DNA of 64,000 nucleotides from Octopus sinensis (lineage: Eukaryota): positions 17,918,001 through 17,982,000 of the forward strand of contig NC_043020.1 in NCBI RefSeq assembly GCF_006345805.1, read 5' to 3'. The notes under the pieces are model-generated. The model saw nothing but the letters and a program-made list of their open reading frames with translations. It was not told the DNA's origin and did no database searches. Made by a program: the position numbers and the translations under genes. Shown here one piece after another: positions 1 through 11,716 of this stretch. The first letter of the stretch is position 1. The number at the start of each line of letters is the position of its first letter.

Positions 1-880
1 AATTTAATCATCAATGTACTTTCCCTGATTATCTATGACTTTCATCTATTTATAAGCTTTTTAATCCCATCTATGTAAAATTCTTTTGGCTTCAAAGCCA
101 AGAATTCTGAAATGTCAGTTTTGACCTCTTCCTGGCTTGCGAAAATTATGTCCCCCAAATGATTCTGTAAACTATGAAACAAATGGTAGTCTGAAGGAGC
201 AAGTTTGGGAGAATAAGGTGGATGAGGAATTTTTTTCTCAACCATGCTCTTCAATCTTCTATGATGTGATCTTTGCTGTGTGGTGTTGCACATTGTCCTG
301 ATGAAACATCACTCCTTTTTGATTCACTAAAGCAGGTCTTTTTTTCTTCAAAGCTTGGTTCAAATGCTCTCATTACTGATAGTAGATTTGAGCATTGATT
401 GTTGCATTAGGTGGTAAAAATTCAAAGTGAATTACTCTTTTGCAATCCCACCAGATAGAGAGAAGAACCTTTTTCTCATGAAGTTCCATTTTCGGTTGTG
501 GTTGAGCTTTTTCCCTTTTACCAAGCCAATGTTTATGACATTTAACATTTTGATAGAAGATCCAGTTTTCGTTACAAGTCTATCCAAGAAGGGTGAAATG
601 AGTTCCCGAAAATGGAGAGAAGAGCAGTTGTCAACTCGGGATTTACGGTTGCTTTTGGGCAATTCATGAGGCACCCATTTTCGAAGTTTAAGAACCTTTC
701 CAAGTTGTTGAAGATGACGATGAACAATTGTATGGTTTGAACTAAGCTTTATTGCCAATTCTTCAACTTATAATGCAAGATTTTCTTCAAGTAATGCCTC
801 AAGGAGCTTATCAAACTCAACTGGATGTCCTATTCAATCTTCATCTTCAAGGCTGAAATCTCCACTTTTGAATTTTGCAG
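1..880 (-). mobile_element. Decayed mariner (DD34D) transposase relic
   Basis: Minus-strand translation gives FKSGDFSLEDE, KWVPHEL (432-758), FHQDN and HPPYSPKLAPSDYHLF (42-293), interrupted by stops and frameshifts. Confidence 0.93.
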
Positions 881-894
881 GCTGTAGTTTTGAA

Positions 895-1105
895 GGCTGC
901 ATGGTGATTCCACGAGTGCTGGTGGCATGAAAAAGCATCCAGTATATTACTGTAAAGTGGGTATCATTGGGAAGGGCATCCAGCTATAGAAACCATGGCA
1001 AAGCAGACACTGGAACGTGATGTAGTACTTGAGCCCATTAGATCCTGTCAATCTGTCCAAACTGTGCCAGTATGGAACATGGACAGTAAAACAGTAAATG
1101 ATGTT
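895..1105 (+). mobile_element. Old RTE-type 3' end fragment
   Basis: Contains ggcatgaaaaagcatcc...gggaagggcatccagctatagaaaccatggc and a degenerate gatg tail. Confidence 0.6.
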
Positions 1106-1299
1106 ATACATATATGTGTGTGTGTGTGTGTGTAATTGTATATAGATTTGTATATTTGTTTTGCATTGAAGTTTACGTCATTTAACTCAAAACTTTGTTG
1201 TTTTTGTTTAACTAACCTTCCCCACCCTTATGGAGTCAACCCTGACTCTGTAGACCTACAATCAAACACTTCACTTTACATAAATAAGAACAAGATTTG

Positions 1300-1359
1300 T
1301 GTACATACATACATACATACATAATTGGGAGTGTATGTATTTATGTTTGTATACATATG

Positions 1360-1391
<32 letters not shown>

Positions 1392-1569
1392 TAATTGTGT
1401 GTGTATATGTATGTATTTATGTTTGTATATATATGTATGTATATATATATATATAATTGTGTGTATATGTATGTATTTATGTTTGTATACATATGTATAT
1501 ATATATATATGTGTGTGGTGTGTATATATATATATATATGTGTGTGTGTGTATATATGTATGTATTTAT

Positions 1570-1617
<48 letters not shown>

Positions 1618-1643
1618 GTATATGTATGTATTTGTTTGTATAC

Positions 1644-1700
<57 letters not shown>
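1300..1700. repeat. Compound (TA)n/(TG)n microsatellite with a ~60-70 bp higher-order unit
   Basis: gtatgtatttatgtttgtata...(ta)n..attgt recurs about four times. Confidence 0.9.
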
Positions 1701-2287
1701 AAGTGTTTGATCATGGATCTGTGTAGTCAGGATTGGCTCCACAGGGATGGGCAAGGGTGGTTAAACAAAGCCAACACACAGCTTTACATTAAATGACGTA
1801 AACTTTCAACTGTCCAGTTCTTGTACAACACCATGAAGCAACGGCTGCTACTGGTGCTGCTGCTACTACTACGACTACCACTTGATATCAGTACATTAAC
1901 AGGTTCCTACTTCACTTCTGTTGGCAACATTCAACTATGTATTTTAACAGTAAACTCTCTTAATTATTTACAAATATGTTGATCAAATGGTACTATGATT
2001 TCTGACAAATATTTCATTATATTTTAATTTATATTACACTAAGCACTTGGGATTTTGTAATCTGTGTGTGTTTGTGTATATAATCATTATCATCTTTTAA
2101 CATTTGCTTTTCTAAGCTTGTATAGTTCAGATGGGATTTGTTGAAGCACATTTCCTATGGTAGGATGCTGTTCTTTTTACCAAACCTCATCTTCTCCCAA
2201 ACAAGATATTTTCCCCATAGCGAGACATGGAAGATCAGAAATGAGCAACTTTGCTTGGTTGTTACTCATTGATGATTATACTCATAA

Positions 2288-2626
2288 ATGCTGGGCAAGC
2301 GTCTTCTGCTATAGCCCCGGGCCGACCAATGCCTTGTGAGTGGATTTGGTAGACGGAAACTGAAAGAAGCCTGTCGTATATATGTATATATATATATATA
2401 TATGCGTGTGTGTGTTTGTGTGTCTGTGTTTGTCCCCCTAGCATTGCTTGACAACCGATGCTAGTGTGTTTACGTCCCCGTCACTTAGCGGTTTGGCAAA
2501 AGAGACCGATAGAATAAGTGCTGGGCTTACAAAGAATAAGTCCCGGGGTCGATTTGCTCGACTAAAGGCGGTGCTCCAGCATGGCCGCAGTCAAATGACT
2601 GAAACAAGTAAAAGAGTAAAAGAGTA
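2288..2626 (+). mobile_element. SINE family A (tRNA head, CORE-like segment, internal TA/TG microsatellite), 5'-truncated
   Basis: gggcaagcgtcttctgctatagc...gtagacggaaactgaaagaagcc-(ta)n-...cagtcaaatgactgaaacaagtaaaagag, shared with more than 15 copies in the window. Confidence 0.9.
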
Positions 2627-2709
2627 TCAAGTCTAGACAAAGGTACATGCAAATGTGCGTGTGCACATGAGCACACACACACACAAAGACATACACCTAT
2701 ATATATATT

Positions 2710-2905
2710 GCCACAAGGGGCTAAACATAGAGGGGACAAACAAGGACAGACAAAGGGATTAAGTCGATTACATCGACCCCAGTGCATAACTGGTACTTTA
2801 TCGACCCACAAAGGATGAAAGGCAAAGTCAATGTCTGTGGAATTTGAACTCAGACAAAATACCACTAAGCATTTCGCCCAGCCTGCTAACATTTCTGCCA
2901 GCTCG
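2710..2905 (-). mobile_element. SINE family B (tRNA-derived)
   Basis: Reverse complement of ggcgagctggcagaa...gagttcaaattc...tttgcctttcatcctt...ggggtcgatgtaatcgactt. Confidence 0.88.
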
Positions 2906-3098
2906 CCACCTTTTAATGTATATATATACAAATACATACATACATACGTCTGTCTATCTATCTATCTATATATGTGTGTGTGTGTGTGGTTTACATCTCC
3001 CATGATTAAGATGTTGGATTTTAAGAATGTGATATGATCTGAACACTAATCTAGTCCATATTTGTTCTATGCCTTTTGACATACTTTTACCCATTATA

Positions 3099-3134
<36 letters not shown>

Positions 3135-3143
3135 ATATATATA

Positions 3144-3535
3144 CTCTCTTTTACTTGTTTCAGTCATGTGACTGTGGCCATGCTGGAGCACCACCTTTAG
3201 TCGAGCAAATCGACCCCAGGACTTATTCTTTGTAAGCCTAGTACTTATTCTATCGGTCTCTTTTACTGAACCACTAAGTTACGGGGACGTAAACACACTA
3301 GCATCAGTTGTCAAGCGATGTTGGGGGGACAGACACACAAGCACACACAAACGTACATATACATATATATGATGGGCTTCTTTTCACTTTCCGTCTACCA
3401 AATCAACTCAGAAGGCTTTGGTCAACCTGAGGCTATAGTAGAAGATACTTGCTCAAGTAGAAGATACATGCAGTGGGACTGAACCCGGAACCATGTGGTT
3501 GGTAAGCAAGCTACTTACCACACAGCCACTCCTAT
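3144..3535 (-). mobile_element. SINE family A, near full length
   Basis: Reverse complement of the family A consensus from the aaaagag tail to the ggagtggctgtg head. Confidence 0.9.
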
Positions 3536-3699
3536 GGTTTCTGTGGTTGGATCCCCTTCCTAATACCAACAACTTCACAAAGTATGCCAGGTGGATATAT
3601 GTGTGTCTATGCTTGTTTACATCTGTGGCTGCTTGTATGGAAGTTAGAGTGGGCGGTGTTATTATCATCAGATGTTTGTTATCAGCAGATCATCCGGCC

Positions 3700-3952
3700 A
3701 ATTGTGCCAGCAAAGCTGTGTGGGCTAAGATCGTGGCTGTTGCCAGCCTCGCCTGGCACCTGTGCCGGTAGCATGTGAAAAGCACCCACTACACTCATGG
3801 AGTGGTTGGCGTTAGGAAGAGCATCCAGCTGTAGAAACACTGCCAGATCAGACTGGAGCCTGGTGCAGCCTTCTGGCTTCCCAGACCCCGGTCAAACCAT
3901 CCAATCCATGCTAGCATGAAAAACAGACGTTAAACGACGATGATGATGATGA
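3700..3952 (+). mobile_element. 5'-truncated RTE 3' end
   Basis: gttaggaagagcatccagctgtagaaacactgccagatcagactgg...gacgttaaacga(tga)n, matching the LINE 3' end at 24425-24620. Confidence 0.88.
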
Positions 3953-3956
3953 GATT

Positions 3957-4017
<61 letters not shown>

Positions 4018-4446
4018 GGGCCTTCTTTCAGCTTCCAGCAGCTATGTCTGCTCTCACAAGGCTTTCAGTAGCCCAGGGCTATAGTAGAAGACTCTAGCCC
4101 AAGGTACCATGTGGTTGGAAAGTGAACATCTTAGCAATAAGCCACTTCTGTGCTTATGCGTTGTGTGCATGTATTTTGTGTGTATGTGTGAGGATATGTA
4201 TATGCATGTGAATATCTTTGCTTATATGTGCATATATATATATATATATATATGACTGCGTGTGTACCGCTGGCAATTTTTTTCCTCTGTCTTCCCTTCT
4301 CTGGATCTTTCCTTCTCCTATGTTTCCGACGAAGAGCACCACTCAAAACGTTAAACCCTCCTTCTTTCCTTCTTCCTGAGCGTCCAATAATACTATATTT
4401 GTTCCATGTCCTCGCGTTGTGTTTTTTTGTGCTTTCATGTTTGGCT

Positions 4447-4487
<41 letters not shown>

Positions 4488-4494
4488 TATATAT

Positions 4495-4881
4495 AGAGGA
4501 GTGGCTGTGTGGTAAGTAGCTTGCTAACCAACCACATGGTACCGGGTTCAGTCCCACTGCGTGGCATCTTGGCAAGTGTCTCTGCTATAGCCCCGGGCCG
4601 ACCAATGCCTTGTGAGTGGATTTGGTAGACAGAAACTGAAGAAGCCTGTCGTATATATGTATATATGTGTGTGTGTGTTTGTCCACCTAGCATTGCTTGA
4701 CAACCGATGCTGGTGTGTTTACGTCCCCGTCACTTAGCGGTTCGGTAAAAGAGACCGATAGAATAAGTACTGGGCTTACAAAGAATAAGTCCTGGGGTCG
4801 ATTTGCTCGACTAAAGGCGGTGATCCAGCATGGCCGCAGTCAAATGACTGAAACAAGTAAAAGAGTAAAAGAGAGTAAAGA

Positions 4882-4884
<3 letters not shown>
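4495..4884 (+). mobile_element. SINE family A, full length
   Basis: ggagtggctgtgtggtaag...gggttcagtcccactg head through aaaagagtaaaagag tail. Confidence 0.9.
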
Positions 4885-4921
<37 letters not shown>

Positions 4922-4975
4922 GTTGGTGATGTGTGTCTGTGTGTGTGAATGTGTGTACATATGTGAGAATGTATG

Positions 4976-5012
<37 letters not shown>

Positions 5013-5852
5013 CTGTAGACTTGTGTGTGTGTGAACCTGCCATTAACTGTCTCATCCAACCCAGTCAGTTAGCAAAAAAAACATAAACAAGCAAACAAAC
5101 ACGAACAGCATAAATAAAAACACTGTAAAGACCCGTTACAGATGCTGTGGAGTGTAGAGGTGAAAGGAGGGGAGATAATTACTGAGAGATAGAAGAGAGT
5201 AGGTGGTGTGGGGGTGGATGAGTGGGATAATTAATGAGAGATATATAGAGGAACGGAGTAGAAGAAGAGCTTAGCATTTTCTGGCAGCAAAACTAATGAA
5301 TTAAGTCTTTCATAAGTTCATTTGTTTTGCACAATCATATGGCTGTTTAAACTTAAGATTTGCTACAAGAGGTTTTTAGCTCTGAATTCTTGACTTTCTA
5401 CTTTGCCCTCATTTCAGCCGACCGTCGTTCTGAGGTCATGGCAAAATGCCAGTGAAAACCCCCCCCCCCCGGGACAGATACACGAGTAGGCATAGCTGTG
5501 TGGTGGTTAAGCAGTGGTATGGTAAGCAGGTCAGTTTGTAACTGAGGGGTTCTGAGTTCAAGGCCATTTACGTGGCTTCTTTGGGCTTGTGTTTCCCATA
5601 AGCTTAGGCTGAACAATGACTTGTGCCTTGTGAGTGAAATTCTTTTAGACAGAAACCATACTGAATTCCTTCTTACAAGTATCTATCTGTCTGACTGTCT
5701 GTCATCTAGCCATCTACCTATCTATCTGTCTGTGTATATATATATATATATATATACAGATAAAGGGTGAAATATGATTAATTTAATAAAATCAACAAAT
5801 TTCACCAAGTAGTTTTTCGGTATGGAAAAGGACCATATTCGGTAAGAGTTAA

Positions 5853-6140
5853 TATAATTACAACAATGAGAGTCTTTGCAACAAGTTGCTAGACCACATA
5901 CCGAAAGTATTAGAAATAGCAGCCAGATGACTGCCATTTCCTTTTACTACAAAAATATGTCTCCACAGACAACAGTATTTGTAACTCATTTTTGCCACAT
6001 AATGTGTTACAAATACTGTTGTCTGTGGAGACATATTATTTTGTAGTAAAAGGAAATGGCAGTCATCTGGCTGCTATTTCTAATACTTTCGGTATGTGGT
6101 CTAGCAACTTGTTGCAAAGACCCTCATTGTTATAATTATA
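5853..6140. repeat. Fold-back palindrome, ~133 bp arms, 20 bp spacer
   Basis: 5853-5985 is the near-perfect reverse complement of 6006-6140; explains the mirrored ORFs 5722-5937(-) and 6056-6271(+). Confidence 0.95.
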
Positions 6141-6188
6141 TATATATTATATATATATATAATATATATTATATATATATATATAATA

Positions 6189-6425
6189 TAGGGTGTTCTA
6201 AAAGTCTCTCCGCAGTATTTTATTGCAAAATATTTATAGGATGGAGTAAAGACTACAAAAGAATGTATTAGACTTTACAAGACTTTAAAAAACTTTATAA
6301 GAGCTGTTGAAAGTGTCGTCCTTCATTTTCAATACATAAGTTGACTCTTCTACACATGTTTTGAAATACATCTTGGAGAGTTGGAAAAAAAATTCACCGC
6401 GGAGAGACTTTTTGAAAACACCCTG
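6189..6425. mobile_element. Tc1/mariner-type MITE
   Basis: TIRs agggtgttctaaaagtctctccgc ... gcggagagactttttgaaaacaccctg in a TA context. Confidence 0.8.
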
Positions 6426-6513
6426 TGTGTATGTGTGTGTACATATATATATATATAATATGATTAAAGAAGAAGAATGGAGAGCTTGTAAGGATATAAA
6501 ATTAATTTAACAT

Positions 6514-6790
6514 AGGCGCAGGAGTGGCTGTGTGGTAACTAGCTTGCTTACCAACCACATGGTTCTGGGTTCAGTCCTACTGTGTGGCACCTTGGGAAAG
6601 TGTCTTTGACTATAGCCTCGGGCTAACCAAAGCCTTGTGAGTGGATTTGGTAGACGGAAACTGAAAGAAGCCCATTGTATATATGTATATATATATATAT
6701 ATATATATAAGCAATATAGGATGTAACAAGCGGATTATAAGTGGATAAAACAGTGTATTTGGCTTTAGAATAACCCTCTTTAGCCCTTAT

Positions 6791-6827
<37 letters not shown>

Positions 6828-7037
6828 ATATGTTTGTGTGTCTGTGTTTGTTCCCCCAACATCGCTTGACAACCGATAGTGGTGTGTTTATGTCCCTGTA
6901 ACTTAGTGGTTCAGCATAAGAGACTGATAGAATAAGTACTAGGCTTACAAAGAATAAGTCCTGGGGGTCGATTTTCTCGACTAAAGGCGGTGCTCCAGCA
7001 TGGCTGCAGTCAAATGACTGAAACAAGTAAAAGAGTA
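6514..7037 (+). mobile_element. SINE family A with a ~90 bp extra insert in the central microsatellite
   Basis: aggcgcaggagtggc head; family 3' tail at 7020-7037. Confidence 0.88.
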
Positions 7038-7479
7038 TACTACCAAAAATAAAGTCAAAAAAGCCTACACACATTTCACTTCAATCCAATATATAATTGC
7101 AGATTCAAAGGCTGGAATAAATCCAATGATAATAATAAAATAGCATTTTGAATAATATTGGGTAGAATCTCATCAGGGCTTGAGTAGAAAGAGTTATATG
7201 TTTATAGATTGGGTTTTATCAATAGACTCTATTGATAAAACCAAAAATTATATTATTATTTAGATATTCTATATAAAAAATAATGGGCAGAAATATTTTT
7301 AGATTAGTATTATTAAAAGTGCATAGGACTATTTTATGACCATTATACTAGTTTTTATTTATTTGAATTTTTTATTTTTATTATATTTTGAAATTATTGA
7401 TGTTCACGCTTACAGACATATTTAATTCAGTCTACTCTAGAAATTAACAATCCTTACATGAAATATGGTCTAACTTTGT

Positions 7480-7576
7480 CAAATATTTCCCTGATGAGAT
7501 TCATACCCATAAGTATGAATTTTATATAAATGCATTATTGGGTATGAATCGAAACAATTCGTAGGAATAATATTTG
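7480..7576 (+). ncRNA. Type I hammerhead ribozyme motif
   Basis: Stem I caaatatttcc/ggaataatatttg; CTGATGA 7491-7497; 12-bp stem II gattcataccca/tgggtatgaatc; GAAA 7551-7554; short stem III ac-aattc-gt; cleavage triplet GTA 7561-7563. Confidence 0.72.
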
Positions 7577-7688
7577 TATTTCTATTCATATTATATTATA
7601 ATTGTAATATAATATTATGTTAATAAATTACATTTAAAATATGTCAATTTTAAATCTCCATTTCCTGAAGCACGACCTTCAAACATTA

Positions 7689-8335
7689 GGCCTCACCGAG
7701 GCAATGATTAGTGACCGAGACTTTTGGAAATATGCTGTGTGTGAGAAGACTCGGCAAGCCAAGTGAGACCATAACCTTGTGGCTTATGCCAGAGGTGTAA
7801 CCAACCCACTTATGCGTACCTCTCCTTCGTTGGGCACTAAACTCTGCTTGCGAAGACCTGTTGAGGCAAGTGAAATTGAAATCAAATTTGATGACTGGCT
7901 TCCATGCTAGTGGAGCGCTAAGAGCATCATCCAAGCGTGATCGTTGCCAGAGCAGCTAACTGGCTTCCATGCCGGTGGCATGTAGAAGGCACCATTCGAG
8001 CATGATCGTAACAGCATCGCCTTACTGGCACGTGAAAAAACATTCGAGTGAGGTCTTTGCCAGTGCCGCTGGACTGGCTCCTGTGCAGGTGGCACGTAAA
8101 AAACACCATTTGAGCATGGCCGTTGCCAGTACCGCCTGACTGGCCCTCGTGCCAGTGGCACGTAAAAGCACTAACTACACTCTCGGAGTGGTTGGCGTTA
8201 GGAAGGGCATCCAGCTGTAGAAACTCTGCCAGATCAGATTGGAGCCTGGTTCAGCCATCTGGTTCACCAGTCCTCAGTCAAATCGTCCAACCCATGCTAG
8301 CATGGAAAGCAAACATTAAAGGATAATGATGATAA
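7689..8335 (+). mobile_element. 5'-truncated RTE element (ORF C-terminus plus 3' UTR with internal tandem repeats)
   Basis: Starts ggcctcaccgaggcaatg (GLTEAM, as at the LINE ORF end ~24850) and ends in the conserved RTE tail. Confidence 0.88.
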
Positions 8336-8340
8336 TGTTT

Positions 8341-9208
8341 GTATATATATATATATATATATTATTCTTGTTTCAGTCATCAGACTGTGGCTATGCTAGA
8401 AGGATTTTAGTCAAATGAATTGACACTAGTATTTACTTATTTTAAGTCTGGTACTTGCTCTATCAATTTCTTTCACCAAACTGTGTGTTTACGGGGAAGT
8501 AAACACACCAACACTCATCAAGCGGTGGTGGAGAGATAAACGCAGAAGTGAAAACCATGTGGTTGGGGAGCAAATTTACTAGCACATAACCACATCTATG
8601 CACACACACACAGACATCCACACACACACACACACACACACACAACACAAAACATAAAAAAGGAGGATTATACGTTTTTAAAACAGCTTCCATGCATTTT
8701 GGCTACTTTGTATTGCATAAATCATGGAATTATGTAATACCAATGTATCCAAAATCTGTGTAGCTGATTAAGAATTTATAATTCTTCATTCATTTGTGTT
8801 CTTGCACTGTACTCTGTAACTTTATACTGAATTTATATTGGAATTTACAAATTGGATATGTAACAGATTGACTACATGGATTGCAATAACTTTCACTGGT
8901 CAATTTGGTTAGCCAAGTTAGACTCATACGGAGTCCTTAAAGAGTATTCGACTAGATTTTTAGTTCCTATTTCTTTTGTATTCATGCATCAATACACACA
9001 TGCATACATATGATAGATCGTTAGCTCCTACACGCATTTTTTTCTCTCCTGTTTCTCGCCTTGTTTATTTCTGTGTATCTTCTGTCGAAGCATAGGCTCG
9101 AAACGTAAAAGACTTGTTCTATTTCTATTCCTGAGCGCTATAACTAATACATTTGTTTATTTGTACTCCACCTGCCTTTGTCTTTTCTTTATTTTTGTAA
9201 ACTTTCTC

Positions 9209-9243
<35 letters not shown>

Positions 9244-10107
9244 AATATATATATATATATATTTTGTTTCAGTCATCAGACTGTGGCTATGCTAGAAGGA
9301 TTTTAGTCAAATGAATTGACACTAGTATTACTTATTTTAAGTCTGGTACTTGCTCTATCAATTTCTTTCACCAAACTGTGTGTTTACGGGGAAGTAAACC
9401 ACACAACACTCATCAAGCGGTGGTGGAGAGATAAACGCAGAAGTGAAAACCATGTGGTTGGGGAGCAAATTTACTAGCACATAACCACATCTATGCACAC
9501 ACACACAGACATACACACACACAAACACACACATAAAAAATAAAAAGGAGGATTATACGTTTTTAAACAGCTTCCATGCATTTTGGCTACATTTGTATTG
9601 CATAAATCATGGAATTATGTAATACCAATGTATCCAAAATCTGTGTAAGCTGATTAAGAATTTATAATTCTTCATTCATTTGTGTTCTTGCACTGTACTC
9701 TGTAACTTTATACTGAATTTATATTGGAATTTACAAATTGGATATGTAACAGATTGACTACATGGATTGCAATAACTTTCACTGGTCAATTTGGTTAGCC
9801 AAGTTAGACTCATACGGAGTCCTTAAAGAGTATTCGACTAGATTTTTAGTTCCTATTTCTTTTGTATTCATGCATCAATACACACATGCATACATATGAT
9901 AGATCGTTAGCTCCTACACGCATTTTTTTCTCTCCTTGTTTCTCGCCTTGTTTATTTCTGTGTATCTTTCTGTCGAAGAGCATAGGCTCGAAACGTAAAA
10001 GACTTGTTCTATTTCTATTCCTGAGCGCTATACTAATACATTTGTTTATTTGTACTCCACCTGCCTTTGTCTTTTCTTTATTTTTGTAAACTTTCTCATT
10101 ATATATA

Positions 10108-10115
<8 letters not shown>
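8341..10115. repeat. Near-identical ~900 bp tandem duplication (8341-9240 / 9241-10115)
   Basis: Both units run ttgtttcagtcatcagactgtgg ... tttgtaaactttctcatt(ta)n; differences are mostly 1-2 bp indels. Confidence 0.95.
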
Positions 10116-10143
<28 letters not shown>

Positions 10144-10149
10144 TGTATG

Positions 10150-10420
10150 CATATAGGTGTTAGGATAAACATTTATTAATACCAAAGAAGTACAAACTCT
10201 AATCTCTTTCAGTGCAATTATTGCAGTGCTCCAGCTACTTTTTGAAGATACCTGCAAGTCCTTCAAAGTTAAGGCATTCAGGACTCTTATTACAGCCTCC
10301 TTCATCTTCAAAACAACTGCCCCTGAGGTTCTCCTTCAGCTTGCGGAACAACCAATAGTCACAGGGAATAAGGTCTGGACTGTAGGGAGGCTAAGGAGCA
10401 GTTTTGATGCCCATGTCTGT
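10150..10420 (-). mobile_element. Mariner transposase C-terminal relic
   Basis: Minus strand reads PPYSPDLIPCD...LFRKLK and MKEAVIRVLNALTL; homologous to 62935-63115. Confidence 0.8.
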
Positions 10421-10439
10421 TAAGTAGTGAAATCATTGT

Positions 10440-10775
10440 CATGGCTGATGTCAGTACTGCCTGACTGGCACCCATGCTGGTGGCATGTAAAAAGCAGCAT
10501 TTGAGCATGGTCAATGCCAGTCCCACCAGATTGGCTCCCATGCCAGTGGCACATAAAATGTACCATACAAACGTGGTCAGTGCCAGTACTGCCTGACTGG
10601 CCCTCATGCTGGTAAAAAGCACCCATTACACTCTCGGAGTAGTTGGTGTTAGGAAGGGCATCCAGTTACAGAAACCTTGCCAGATCAGATTGGAGCCTGG
10701 TGCTGCCTTCTGGCTCACCAGTCAAACCGTCCAACCCAGCATGGAAAGCAGACATTAAACGATGATGATGATGAT

Positions 10776-10778
<3 letters not shown>
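10440..10778 (+). mobile_element. 5'-truncated RTE 3' end
   Basis: ggcatgtaaaaagca repeats followed by the RTE tail and (gat)n. Confidence 0.85.
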
Positions 10779-10844
<66 letters not shown>

Positions 10845-11320
10845 CTTCATTTGGGTCAGTCCAGTGGCCTGATACTTTGGGTGTTTCCACAGCAAGTAAC
10901 TACTTCTTCAGACAAGTCTCTGCTGTCATATGTGAGTTGTTATTTTAACCTTGTTTGAATGTAATCTTTACCCATGCTGACTCTGCTCTTGTAGTGATGA
11001 AGCCTATCTTTTCACAAGTTTGAACTTGTCTCTATGAAGAAGCAGCTGCACACAGGGTTAGGGTTACAGGGCCCTGGACTGGCCCACATGTACTAATACA
11101 TTCTACATTTGTATTGAGTACTTCTCTAGATCATTACTTGTTAATATACATAATTTGCATGTGTGTGTGTGCACCTTTCACTATGGATGCAGCATGGTTG
11201 AATGGTTAAGAAGTTCCCTTTGAAATCATGAGATCTAAGGTTCAGTCCTGCAGAGCGTGTTGAACAAGTGCCCTTTATTCTAGCCTTCAGTTGACCCAAC
11301 CCCTTTGAGTGAAAGTAAAT

Positions 11321-11492
11321 AGGCGCAGGAGTGGCTGTGTGGTAAGTAGCTTGCTTACCAACCACATGGTTCCAGGTTCAGTCCCACTGCATGGCACTTT
11401 GGGCAAGTGTCTTCTACTATAGCCTCGGGCCAACCAAAGCCTTGTGAGTGGATTTGGTAGACGGAAACTGAAGGAAGCCTGTCGTGTATATG

Positions 11493-11528
<36 letters not shown>

Positions 11529-11716
11529 TTGTCCCCCCAAAATCGCTTGACAACCGATGCTGGTGTGTTCATGTCCCCCGTAACTTAGCGGTTCGGCAAA
11601 AGAGACCGATAGATTAAGTACTAGGCTTACAAAGAATAAGTTCTGGGGTCGATTTGCTCGACTAAAGGCGGTGCTCCAGCATGGCTGCAGTCAAATGACT
11701 GAAACAAGTAAAAGAA
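11321..11716 (+). mobile_element. SINE family A, full length
   Basis: aggcgcaggagtggc...gactgaaacaagtaaaag. Confidence 0.9.

Noticed and set aside
1271-1796. Long YI/IY/CV-rich ORFs (also 21781-22147, 12447-12709, 33561-34407)
   Set aside because: Stop-free translations of microsatellites; no coding signal
5865-5920. Possible hammerhead in the 5853 palindrome (ggtc..gacc stem, CGAAAG)
   Set aside because: No CUGANGA and wrong spacing between the stem and GAAA
5722-6271. Twin signal-peptide-like ORFs MAVIWLLFLILSVCGLATCCKD on opposite strands
   Set aside because: Mirror products of the DNA palindrome, running into (TA)n; no support for a secreted peptide gene
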